From: a virus
Lineage: Duplodnaviria; Caudoviricetes
Virus record (IMG/VR): IMGVR_UViG_3300017716_003594
Span: 3,424 to 67,423 of that record
Strand: one strand, 5' to 3'
DNA length: 64,000 nucleotides
Shown here: one piece after another, positions 36,535 through 45,153 of the stretch
Layout of the letters: every line of letters starts with the position of its first letter
How positions within the stretch are numbered: the first letter of the stretch is position 1
Position numbers and translations under genes: made by a program
Notes under the pieces: model-generated
The model's input: the letters and a program-made list of their open reading frames with translations, nothing else
The model's database searches: none
What the model was told of the DNA's origin: nothing

Positions 36535-36945
36535 TTACTTGATCTCTTCGTAGTCGAAGTTGGCCTGAACGACCACTCCATACCATTTGCCGTCGGGGCC
36601 TGTCTCGCGCACTAGGACGTCCAGGAACGATACATCAACCGAGGCCAGCGTAACGCCCTCGAAGATGTTTCGCGCCTGGGTCGCCAGGTCGTCCGCGGAT
36701 TTTACCCCACTGTTGATCGGGACGAACACCTGCACAAAGGCTGCGCCCAGGCTCCCGTACTTCCTGTTTCCAGCGGCTCCGAGAGTTCTCTGGGAGCGGC
36801 CTGTATGTCTCACCGCCAGGCGCACATAGGATGTGTTCTCTGCCGGGGAATAGGCTTCGTTGTCCAGGGCGATCGGAGTCGTGGCGCCCCAGGCCGTCAC
36901 AAAGGCCGAGTAGATGGCCTCGCGCGCTTGGTTCATCGTCGCCAT
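36535..36945 (-). CDS. Tail terminator protein
   Basis: Position and YVRLAVRHT..G.AFVQVFVP.NSG pattern. Confidence 0.7.
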   Translation of the reverse strand: MATMNQAREAIYSAFVTAWGATTPIALDNEAYSPAENTSYVRLAVRHTGRSQRTLGAAGNRKYGSLGAAFVQVFVPINSGVKSADDLATQARNIFEGVTLASVDVSFLDVLVRETGPDGKWYGVVVQANFDYEEIK

Positions 36946-37347
36946 TTACCTGGCTCCTGCTACAGTCTTGACCGCAGTCTGGATGGCCATCTGGACAAAC
37001 CCGGCTGGGGCTTGCTGAGATGATCCCTCGTTGAGCTTCTGAATATAGGGGACGTTGTTGGTCACGAAGATCGGTCCCCTTGTCAGCTTGTAGCCAGCGA
37101 GTGCTGCGCGTCCTTCTGTTTGTCTACGTCTTGCGGCCGAAATGTCGGCGGCGTCATTCGGTTGGCCCACGTTTGCTTCGTAGGCCTGGGTGATACTCGG
37201 GACCCAGTTTGCTCGGGCCCAGCCGAGGTCTACTGGAGTGGCTTCGATCAGGTTGGCGGTTACTTCCAGGGAAAGCCGGATAATCTCCCTTTCGGAAAAC
37301 TGCTCCAGGCCGCCAACAATTATCCGGATTTGCGGATCGTCTGCCAC
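36946..37347 (-). CDS. Neck / tail completion protein (HK97 gp10-like)
   Basis: TPVDLGWARANW..NNVPYI.KLN.GSS.QAPAGFV. Confidence 0.8.
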   Translation of the reverse strand: MADDPQIRIIVGGLEQFSEREIIRLSLEVTANLIEATPVDLGWARANWVPSITQAYEANVGQPNDAADISAARRRQTEGRAALAGYKLTRGPIFVTNNVPYIQKLNEGSSQQAPAGFVQMAIQTAVKTVAGAR

Positions 37348-38052
37348 CTAGTCCTCCAGGGGGTCGCTCTCCTCGTTGCCCATGTCCACGATGGCCTGCT
37401 CGAGACGTGCTTCACGGTCAGAGCTTTCCAGCTCATTCCATTCGGCGGCGCTCATGCCAGAGGCCTTGTGGGCGTAGACCACGACGTCGCCCAGTTGAAC
37501 CATCACACCTGGTTTGATCTCAACGTGGTCAGGCTGGACGTCGGAGCCGAGCAGCATCGTGTCGTTGGACTGATCGTCCTGAGCCTGTGCCGCAGCCGCA
37601 GCTTCTTCGGCGGCCTTCGCCTCAGCAGCTTCAGCCGCCTGCTTGTCGAGCAGTTCTTGGGCCGCCGATGTGGCTGCGCCCTTTGACGTGAAGGTCTCGG
37701 TCAGGCCTTTGACGTTCCATTTGCGCTGGGCGCCGGAGACCAGTTCCTCGGCCGTGGCCGGCTTTGCGGTTTCCTGGGACGGCTTGACCGTTCCGTCCAG
37801 GCGCATGTGCTTGGCGCCAGGGTTGTTGCCGTCGAACACCGCAAGCTCGATGGTCTTGGCTTCCCAGAACAGGCGGAGCTTTTTGGGGTTGTCGAGAAGC
37901 GATTGGGGGCACAGCGCGCCCACCACAGTCTCTTCTCCGCAGAAATTGATGCGACGCCGCCAGATGTACGCCGCGCCTTTTGTGAAGCGCTGGCGATAGT
38001 GCCGCAGCCTGGAAACTTGGCGCAACGGGGCGTTCTTGACCTTCTCGCTCAT
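37348..38052 (-). CDS. Hypothetical virion-region protein
   Basis: SD AAGGAGG; C-terminal GS..QP..VQLGDVV..A..ASGMS..EWN domain. Confidence 0.75.
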   Translation of the reverse strand: MSEKVKNAPLRQVSRLRHYRQRFTKGAAYIWRRRINFCGEETVVGALCPQSLLDNPKKLRLFWEAKTIELAVFDGNNPGAKHMRLDGTVKPSQETAKPATAEELVSGAQRKWNVKGLTETFTSKGAATSAAQELLDKQAAEAAEAKAAEEAAAAAQAQDDQSNDTMLLGSDVQPDHVEIKPGVMVQLGDVVVYAHKASGMSAAEWNELESSDREARLEQAIVDMGNEESDPLED

Positions 38053-38175
38053 GAGACATCCTCCTTGAGGGAAGTCTGGCCGGTCAGACCAGACGAGCAC
38101 TGCTGAATTTTCTACTGAAGCGGCCCGCCGCGGTGCAGAACCGGGCGGGCCAACTCAGTGCTAGGCAGTCAACCG

Positions 38176-39225
38176 TTAGGCGACGATGCCGTTGAAGAAG
38201 TAGCCGAGGTCGGCTGACACCTTCTTCTGGTCGTAGGCGGCCTCGACCTCGACGCGGTCCGACTTGATGTTCTGCATCCACCACTTGGAGATGTTGATGC
38301 CGTTGGCGTCGCTGCCGAGGAGTCCGGTCCAGCTGAAAGTGTAGCCGGCGGAGGGAGTCATGATGCCCGGCGTGGGCGGCTTGTAGGTCAGGAGGGCGTG
38401 CTTGCCAGCGATGAAGCTGTGCGACGCCGACTGGCCTTTGACAGCCGTGTTCTTGATCGCCTTGGAGACCAGGACCTCGTCAACTTCGAAGAGGTCGGCC
38501 AGGGTGACCAGGTTGGCACGGGCCGCGCCGCTCGTCTGACCGCGATCGATACGGCCGACGATGTCGGGGTGGTCAAGCAGGGTGTCGTAGGTCACCTTGC
38601 CGAGGGTCAGCGTGTTTGGCTCCATGCCCGTGCGCTCGAGCACGTAGCGTTTGCCCTGGCGAACGTCCTCGATGGGGTTCGAGTTCGCATCATTCCACTG
38701 GAGCTTGTCGTTGTTCGACGCGTTGGTCGGGTCGAACGACGCAGCAGCGGTGGCGCCAGACGAGACGCCGTCAGCGACGAACGTCCAGATTGCACCAGGC
38801 GCGCCGGCCGTGAAGTAGGTCGTGACCCAGTTGACTTCGCGGTTGATGAGGGCCTTGTGCGTGACGAACAGGGTCGCCTCGCGGTCCATATCAAGCGGGT
38901 TGTCGGAGTTCGCACGGACCTGCGCCGGGATGTCCTTGTGGAAGGCGCGGACCTTGGCGTAGTACGTGTCGTTGCTGATGGTGTACGAACCACCAGCGGA
39001 CTCGGTGCCAGGCGCACGCTCGGCCATCTCGTCGCGGTTGAACTCGCCGCGGTCAAAGGTGAAGTACGAGTCAGACTGCTTGGACACCGGGACCAGAGGG
39101 AACACCTTGGCCGCGATGAAGGACTCGTCCGACTGCACGAATGCAATCGAGATGTTGGTGAGCGGGCGGTTGACGTGGACGTCCGACCGGCTCGGCTGAG
39201 TGAAGGACTTACGGAAGCGGCTCAT
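38176..39225 (-). CDS. Major capsid protein
   Basis: LTNISIAF..F..VFP.VPV.KQSD.YF; strong codon bias; follows scaffold and decoration genes. Confidence 0.9.
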   Translation of the reverse strand: MSRFRKSFTQPSRSDVHVNRPLTNISIAFVQSDESFIAAKVFPLVPVSKQSDSYFTFDRGEFNRDEMAERAPGTESAGGSYTISNDTYYAKVRAFHKDIPAQVRANSDNPLDMDREATLFVTHKALINREVNWVTTYFTAGAPGAIWTFVADGVSSGATAAASFDPTNASNNDKLQWNDANSNPIEDVRQGKRYVLERTGMEPNTLTLGKVTYDTLLDHPDIVGRIDRGQTSGAARANLVTLADLFEVDEVLVSKAIKNTAVKGQSASHSFIAGKHALLTYKPPTPGIMTPSAGYTFSWTGLLGSDANGINISKWWMQNIKSDRVEVEAAYDQKKVSADLGYFFNGIVA

Positions 39226-39316
39226 GGGCCTTTTCTCCTTGGTTCGGCCATTACAGGGCCAGGGTTGTTTGTCTGGAGGTACTCCCTGGCTTTAAGGGCC
39301 AGGGAGACCAGGCTCA

Positions 39317-39745
39317 TTAGGCCGAGTGAGGTGCGGCGACGATCTGGAAGAGAACCGGGAAGATGTCCCCGTCCGCAGCAGACTCGAGGGCGATACCGAC
39401 AGCCATCGAGTCGACGGCCAGGGCACCGACACCAGTGACGCCGGCGACGCGACCCGTGGTCGTGTCGGGGACAATCAGCTGGCCAGCAGTGATCGAAGCG
39501 CCGGCCTTCATCAGGCCGATGCCACCGCCCGAGATGATCGCAACCGGGACCGCGAGGCCATCGGTCGTGATGTCGGTGCGAGGCTCTTCAGCAAGGACGC
39601 CAATCGGCGACTCCGTGACGGCCGTGGTCTTGATGACCTTGCCGACGCCACTGTCGTTCTCGACTTGCAGCAGCTCGAAGACGTCGCCACGGAGGTCTTC
39701 CCCGGCGATCATGGTCACAACTTTGACGTTCTGGAAGCCCTTCAT
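39317..39745 (-). CDS. Capsid decoration/cement protein (DUF2190-like)
   Basis: AGASITAGQLIV.DTTTGRV..AVGIALESAADGDIFPV. Confidence 0.75.
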   Translation of the reverse strand: MKGFQNVKVVTMIAGEDLRGDVFELLQVENDSGVGKVIKTTAVTESPIGVLAEEPRTDITTDGLAVPVAIISGGGIGLMKAGASITAGQLIVPDTTTGRVAGVTGVGALAVDSMAVGIALESAADGDIFPVLFQIVAAPHSA

Positions 39746-39832
39746 GGGGGTATCTCCTTGAGTGGGTCTGGCCGGGGGTCAATCAATCGCCCCGGCCAGG
39801 GGGTTGGTGGATCGCTTAGGCGCCCAGCAGGG

Positions 39833-40903
39833 TTACTGCTTGATCGCTTCGGCGTAGAGCTCGGCGCCGCGGCGGGTCTTGAGGACCGCGTCCATGGCTT
39901 GCGCGTCGGTGACGTTCGGGTTGGACTTGACGTAGGCTTTCGCCAGGGTGTCCAGCTCGTCGGAAGCGTCCTTGGCTTCCGGGGACTCGAAGGAGTCGCC
40001 AGCTTCGCCAAACGACTTGCCGAGTTCGACCGACTGGGACTTCAGGGCTTCGAGCGAACGCTTGCGCGCGCCTTCGTCCTTGATGAGGTCGATGGCCTTC
40101 AGCATCTCGATGTGGTCAGCTTCCGAGCCAGGCAGGTTGGCGATCTCGCCGGCGCGCTTGGCGTACTGGGCGTCAGCAGCGATCTTGTTGGCTTTCTCGA
40201 TCTCGCCGGCCTGATCGTCAAGGCGCTTGGCCATGTTGACCAGGATGGGGTCGTGCGACTTGGTGTAGACCGTGCCGTCCTTCGCCGTGTAGACGGGAGC
40301 ATTCGCGGCCTTGGCCAGGTCAGCAACAGCCTTGACGATCGAGTCGCGCTCGTCGGCGGACTTGGCAAGGAAGGCCGAACGATCGGCTTCCGGGAGGGCG
40401 TCGTAGTGGCCCTTGTGCGCGGCAGGCAGGGCGGCGATCGCGTTGGCTTTTGCCAGGTCAGCTTGAAGCTGGGCAATCTGCTCAGGCGTCATGGGGGAGT
40501 CTCCTTGAGTTGGATCGGCGTTCTTGCCGATGGTTTCCACAGTGTGGGTGTGGCCAGAGGCCGCCCCGATCTCGATGCTTCCGTCGGAGCGCCTGATCCA
40601 GGGATGGCTGTGGCCATGTGACCACGACGTCTCCCCGGCGTGAAGCTCTCCATTACCATGGTCCAGGTAGAGAACGTGGACATGCCCGTCGACCTCGGTC
40701 GAGAGAGCTGCCCGCTTCACTATTTGGTTCTGGTCGGAATTGTCTGGCGCGGCGTCGTACCGCTTCATGATCGGGGCCGTTGCGCCCTCTTGGGCAGGAA
40801 CGTCCACGCCGCTGATCTCGTTGATCTTCAGCACTCGCATGATGCGGCGCTTCTCGGTGGTTTGTACACCAGCGTTTTTCTGAAACTTCTCGTTGGCGCG
40901 CAT
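39833..40903 (-). CDS. Scaffold-like protein with N-terminal protease-type segment
   Basis: EISGVDVPAQ near the N-terminus, GHxH repeats, Ala/Lys-rich coiled-coil C-terminus; directly upstream of the capsid genes. Confidence 0.7.
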   Translation of the reverse strand: MRANEKFQKNAGVQTTEKRRIMRVLKINEISGVDVPAQEGATAPIMKRYDAAPDNSDQNQIVKRAALSTEVDGHVHVLYLDHGNGELHAGETSWSHGHSHPWIRRSDGSIEIGAASGHTHTVETIGKNADPTQGDSPMTPEQIAQLQADLAKANAIAALPAAHKGHYDALPEADRSAFLAKSADERDSIVKAVADLAKAANAPVYTAKDGTVYTKSHDPILVNMAKRLDDQAGEIEKANKIAADAQYAKRAGEIANLPGSEADHIEMLKAIDLIKDEGARKRSLEALKSQSVELGKSFGEAGDSFESPEAKDASDELDTLAKAYVKSNPNVTDAQAMDAVLKTRRGAELYAEAIKQ

Positions 40904-40904
40904 T

Positions 40905-41303
40905 TTATTCGACCTCTTCGTCCTCGACGCGTTGCCCGCCAATCGAAAAGCCGGTGTACGTACCGTCCTTGAACTTGGCCAGCATTTCAGCGTCGGGCTG
41001 CATTGCGATGATGAGACCTGTCTTCTTGGTCACGATGCCGAGAGCCTCGGCAATTTCCGTCGTGAGCGGGAAAGCGAAAACGACCTGGCCGCTTTCGTCG
41101 CCCTTCTGGTGCATGTCGCGCGCCAGGCGGGAGTTCTTCATGAAGTCTGTGGCGGCTTTCAGCATCGACGCTTCCGGGATGTGATCGCCCTGGAGGTCGA
41201 AATAATCCTCGCCGTCTTCCTTGCAGACGATCGCGAAGCCAAGCACGAGGCCGAGGTCGTCGTCGACCTTCTCAACCTTTACGTAGGTCTTCTTGATTGT
41301 CAT
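40905..41303 (-). CDS. XkdF-like prohead serine protease domain
   Basis: DLQGDHI..KAATDFM..MH..KDGTYTGFSIGG. Confidence 0.8.
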   Translation of the reverse strand: MTIKKTYVKVEKVDDDLGLVLGFAIVCKEDGEDYFDLQGDHIPEASMLKAATDFMKNSRLARDMHQKGDESGQVVFAFPLTTEIAEALGIVTKKTGLIIAMQPDAEMLAKFKDGTYTGFSIGGQRVEDEEVE

Positions 41304-41340
41304 GGAAGCACGCCTGTTCCCGTTGGTGTGGGTCAGGCGT

Positions 41341-41374
41341 CAGGATGACGCAGGCCTAAACTGGGTGTATGCCA
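41341..41374 (-). promoter_or_regulatory. Second promoter class, copy upstream of the capsid operon
   Basis: TGGCATACACCCAGT-N12-CATCCTG on the minus strand. Confidence 0.65.
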
Positions 41375-41395
41375 GCAATCCCAACGTTTGAAAGG

Positions 41396-41552
41396 GACAG
41401 GCCAGGTGAGGCGACGGCGCGCAACGGGATCGAACCGCCACACCCGTCACTGTTGGTCAACTAGGCCAACCCTGGGCTTGTCAGGGTATGTGGCCGACCG
41501 GTTCATGGATACCCGGTCCTAACCTAGTGGCCGTCGCCTCGCCTGGTCTGTC
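41396..41552 (+). ncRNA. Candidate multi-branched structured RNA
   Basis: 23-bp closing stem (41396-41418 with 41530-41552) enclosing four hairpins; non-canonical pairs are G.U only on the + strand. Confidence 0.5.
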
Positions 41553-41748
41553 AGTGCATTCGGCCGCCGACAACGCGAAGGAGCGGCGCTGGTGCTTTGC
41601 CGAAGGTCATGCTGGCTATACGTTCGTCCGCCAGCATCTGGACAAGTTCAGGTCCAAGAGCTTTACATGCGGCGTCCAGGGCTGTTTCGAGCTGATCGAG
41701 TACCGCAACGCGCGGGTCTTCTGCCATTGTTTCAGGCGTGTTGCTCAT
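41551..41748 (-). CDS. Small hypothetical protein
   Basis: 65-aa ORF downstream of an AT-richer intergenic region. Confidence 0.55.
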   Translation of the reverse strand: MSNTPETMAEDPRVAVLDQLETALDAACKALGPELVQMLADERIASMTFGKAPAPLLRVVGGRMH

Positions 41749-41926
41749 GTGTGATGTCCCTTAAACCGTCCGTTTGCATAGCCTATTCTATCCTCGTACA
41801 TAAACAACCCAGCAAATAGGACATTCCCCTCAATTGATGGCATAATGGCAGGTAACTATTAAGGGGAAAGGGCGTATATATGAGGTACACGCGGAATGCT
41901 TCCGAGTGAAAACAGTGGAGACTAAC

Positions 41927-42127
41927 ATGGCCAAGGCCGCATCTGGAACTATTGGTGAAACCGTCCGGCACCTGCTTGCTCGCAAGCGCCCGCTAACCTA
42001 CACCCAAATCATCGAAGCCGTCAAGGAGAAGCACCCGGGCGCGGCGACGTCGCGCGACAGCGTGCAGTGGTATGCCTCGCGCATGCGTGCAGAAGGCCTC
42101 GAGCCCAACGTGAAGCTCGCCGGCTAG
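41927..42127 (+). CDS. Small putative DNA-binding protein (paralogue of 7831 and 13759 genes)
   Basis: SD GGAG; TYTQIIEAVKEKHPGAATSRDSVQWYASRMR. Confidence 0.75.
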   Translation: MAKAASGTIGETVRHLLARKRPLTYTQIIEAVKEKHPGAATSRDSVQWYASRMRAEGLEPNVKLAG

Positions 42128-42155
42128 CCTTTCCCTAACAAGGGAGCATAACGTA

Positions 42156-42186
42156 GAGGGCCCGCGGCTAGCGCCGTCGGGCCCTC
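42156..42186. terminator. Hairpin between convergent genes
   Basis: GAGGGCCCG/CGGGCCCTC stem. Confidence 0.55.
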
Positions 42187-42204
42187 GTGCCGTTTACCGG
42201 CAAA

Positions 42205-42723
42205 TTACCGGAACCACGTCAGCGGGTTCCACCACGATTTTCCGTTGTCCGCCTTGATGGCTTCCACGGCGGCGTCAGCGTCTTCCGCGCTGAGCGTTGA
42301 GGCGTCGACAGCCGCAACCTCTTTTCCTTGGGTTGCAACCTTGAGAGCCATGGCTGTTTCGACCAAGAGTCCCCGCAGCTCCGTTACCTGAGAAGTCAGC
42401 GCCACAGCTTGGGCCTTGGCCTGGGCTGCTTCTCCTTTAAGTTCCTCTAAAGACTGCTCGGCTTTGCTGGCGCGCTCTTCCATTTCAATTGCCCGAGCGG
42501 CGGAAATTATATTGAACTCTGCCAGCACGTCTGGCAAAGTAATGCCTTCGCGCACGGCGACTTGCATGTCCTTCTGGACTTCCTGGCCAACAACGCGAGT
42601 GCCATCGTCAAACTCTTTGACTGTAACCCGGTTGACAAACGCCCCAAAGCCCCGCTCCGGCTGATTGACGTCGTGCAGCTGGGCATAGAAGGTTGTCGAG
42701 TAGGTTTTTTCTGTGAAGGCCAT
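42205..42723 (-). CDS. Hypothetical coiled-coil protein (possible fibre chaperone)
   Basis: SD AGGA; follows the fibre gene. Confidence 0.65.
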   Translation of the reverse strand: MAFTEKTYSTTFYAQLHDVNQPERGFGAFVNRVTVKEFDDGTRVVGQEVQKDMQVAVREGITLPDVLAEFNIISAARAIEMEERASKAEQSLEELKGEAAQAKAQAVALTSQVTELRGLLVETAMALKVATQGKEVAAVDASTLSAEDADAAVEAIKADNGKSWWNPLTWFR

Positions 42724-42739
42724 GACTTTTTCCTAACTA

Positions 42740-44761
42740 TTACGGGATGGTTCCGCCGGCCGACATGTTCCATGTAGAACCATCGTACCGGAAAGAAACC
42801 CATTGTTTTGTGGCCGTCAGAGACACAGTGGTCCCGCCAACAATGTCCCAGTTGAATGCCCCGGTTCCAAGTCGAGTGATTGTAACCACGTCTCCCGCCT
42901 TTGCACCAGTTGTTCCAAGTGTGTAGGTGCGAAGCGCCGTGAGGGTCGCGTTGCCGCGAACATGAGCTCCACCGCCGTATACGCTGTAAGTGGCCGTGTG
43001 AGCCCCGTCCGTCGCAATGGTGGCGACCCCGCTCACCGCTTGCAGGTTCGAGCTTACTACGTTCCAGACGGTGCCGTTGAACTCGTAGAGGACCTGGTCG
43101 CCAGCAACGCGCAGGATGGTTGTGGTGTTACCCACGATAGACCAGTCAAAGGCACCGCCACCTTCGCGGCGGAAGCTCACGCGGTCGCCGTTCTGCGCGC
43201 CAACCGTATCGAGGGTGGCCGTGCGTGCGGCAGTCAGGGTGGCGTTTCCAAGAACGTGGTCGCCGTCGGTGTAACGCGAGTACGTGAATGTGTGCGTCGC
43301 GTCGGTGGACTTGGTTGTGACGCCGCTTGGACGCGGCAGGTTGTAGGCCACCAAAATCCAACCGGCGAGAGCGTACTCGAACTCGACCCAATCGCCAGGC
43401 TTCGAGAGGATGGATGTGGTCGCGCCGACGATAGACCAATCAAAGTTGCCCGTGCTGTACCGGCAGACACGGACACGTGCGCCCACGACGACGTTGGTCG
43501 TGCCGAGGGTGTACGTGCGGGCGGCAGTGAGCGCGGTTGCTGAGCGAACGGTCGGAGCGTTCGTGAGGTAGTTCCATGTGGCTGTGTGCGCTGCATCGTT
43601 GGCGATGGACTCGACGCCGCTCTGGTGGACCCGAACCCAGTTGGTCCCGTTGGAGAACAGCAAACCAGCGCCCGCAGCACCAGGAGTCGGGCCCAGGTCC
43701 GAGCAATGGATGATGCCGGTCGTCGTGATCGTGGGCAGAGTCGCAATCGTGTAGGACCGAGGCCGCAGGATGCGGTTCGAGTCGATGACGACGTTTGCGC
43801 CGTACATGGACAATCCGGTGGCATACTGCCAGCGCATGAAGTCGGTAAGCGTAACGCTGCCGGCAGGAGACAGGTTGAATGTTACCCTTGTCTCCATGTC
43901 GGTCGAGGAGGGCGTTGCAGCAAGGACTGCCGGGACCATGGAAAACCCGGATTGGAACGTAGTGCCATCATGCCCGGCCCACGTCAGGCTTCCAAGCTGA
44001 TCCAGCGAGGTGACGACTGCTGGCGATGCCAGGCTGCCTCGTGCTTTCCCGAAGATGATGTTGGGTCCGCCAGTGTTTCCCTGGTATCGGCGCCAGTTAG
44101 ACGAGCCAGTCGTCCCGTCGGCGTTGATGTTGAGCGCAGAACCGCCCGTGATGTTCGCGGTCAACATGGAGCCAGCAGCGGGGTTGAGCGTGAGTGCAGC
44201 ACCGCTTGAAGGAGTGATCGTCATGTTGCCGAGGAAAGCGTTGGACGATGCAGAGAGGTCCGCAATGTTCATGGCGAGCAACGTGTGCTCTGCCCATGCG
44301 CCGGCAGCAGTCGCGCCGATCACGCCACGCGCAGTCGCGTTGACCAGCTTGTCAATGCCGAGCGTGTTAGCAGGCACCATGCCGTTCGTGAGTTGTGTGA
44401 ACGCCAGTGCGTCTGCGATACGGGCAAGCAGGCGGTCATTTGTGGTGGCGGGGATGTCAGTGCGTGCGCCAGCAGCTTGCGCGCCGAGGACCGACATTGC
44501 CGCAGCGTCTACAAGCTTGTCGAGCCCGACCGTGTTAGCAGGCACCATGCCGTTGGTGAGTTGGGTGAAGCCCACTGCATCCGCCACGCGCGCAAGCAGG
44601 CGGTCATTGGCCGAGGCCGATATGTCCTGGGGAGTTGCAGACGCGTTGGTTGCGTTGCCCTTTACAGACAGCGCCGGGGCGTTTTCAAGTTCAGCGTTGG
44701 AGATGGAGCCAGCAGGTACGGCGCCCGGGCCGATGCTGACGCCAAAAGGGCCGGACATCAT
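42740..44761 (-). CDS. Fibre-like structural protein with internal repeats, in the head module
   Basis: Two NDRLLAR..FTQLTNGMVPANT repeats and three C-terminal D..HT..ATLTA.RT.TL.T.G..G.G.F.W.IVG repeats. Confidence 0.7.
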   Translation of the reverse strand: MMSGPFGVSIGPGAVPAGSISNAELENAPALSVKGNATNASATPQDISASANDRLLARVADAVGFTQLTNGMVPANTVGLDKLVDAAAMSVLGAQAAGARTDIPATTNDRLLARIADALAFTQLTNGMVPANTLGIDKLVNATARGVIGATAAGAWAEHTLLAMNIADLSASSNAFLGNMTITPSSGAALTLNPAAGSMLTANITGGSALNINADGTTGSSNWRRYQGNTGGPNIIFGKARGSLASPAVVTSLDQLGSLTWAGHDGTTFQSGFSMVPAVLAATPSSTDMETRVTFNLSPAGSVTLTDFMRWQYATGLSMYGANVVIDSNRILRPRSYTIATLPTITTTGIIHCSDLGPTPGAAGAGLLFSNGTNWVRVHQSGVESIANDAAHTATWNYLTNAPTVRSATALTAARTYTLGTTNVVVGARVRVCRYSTGNFDWSIVGATTSILSKPGDWVEFEYALAGWILVAYNLPRPSGVTTKSTDATHTFTYSRYTDGDHVLGNATLTAARTATLDTVGAQNGDRVSFRREGGGAFDWSIVGNTTTILRVAGDQVLYEFNGTVWNVVSSNLQAVSGVATIATDGAHTATYSVYGGGAHVRGNATLTALRTYTLGTTGAKAGDVVTITRLGTGAFNWDIVGGTTVSLTATKQWVSFRYDGSTWNMSAGGTIP

Positions 44762-45117
44762 ACCACCAACCTCGCCCAGACTTCAGTGTTCTCGTTGTCC
44801 AGTAGTCCTCCGTAGGTCATCAGACCGCCAGACGGAGGGATCAGGTAGACCGGAGCCACCGCAGCGGCCGTTTCGCCAGGGCTGATGAACGCCAGCTCCA
44901 CGTCAAAATCCGTGTAGCCCCCAAAGCACCTGCGCAGGCGGTCAGCCTGGGTGGCGGAGAAGGTCAGGACCTGGGTGAAGGTGGAGGAGTTGAGCGAAGC
45001 GCTCTCGACGACTGCGGAAGCATCCGGTGCGCCAACAATTACTGCGCCTTCGCGCTTGCCCGGTTTTGAGACATGGAGCACCAGGGACATGACTTCACTC
45101 TGTTTGCTGGGTTGCAA
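44758..45117 (-). CDS. Hypothetical virion-region protein
   Basis: Packed between the gpF-like gene and the fibre gene. Confidence 0.6.
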   Translation of the reverse strand: MQPSKQSEVMSLVLHVSKPGKREGAVIVGAPDASAVVESASLNSSTFTQVLTFSATQADRLRRCFGGYTDFDVELAFISPGETAAAVAPVYLIPPSGGLMTYGGLLDNENTEVWARLVV

Positions 45118-45153
45118 ACTCGAAAGTGCGTCAACGATACTTCCACGTAAACC

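Noticed and set aside
34921-40621. Long + strand ORFs (34921-36177, 38398-39438, 39326-40621) and similar ones elsewhere
   Set aside because: They are antisense shadows of highly codon-biased structural genes in GC-rich DNA, with no motifs or ribosome-binding sites.
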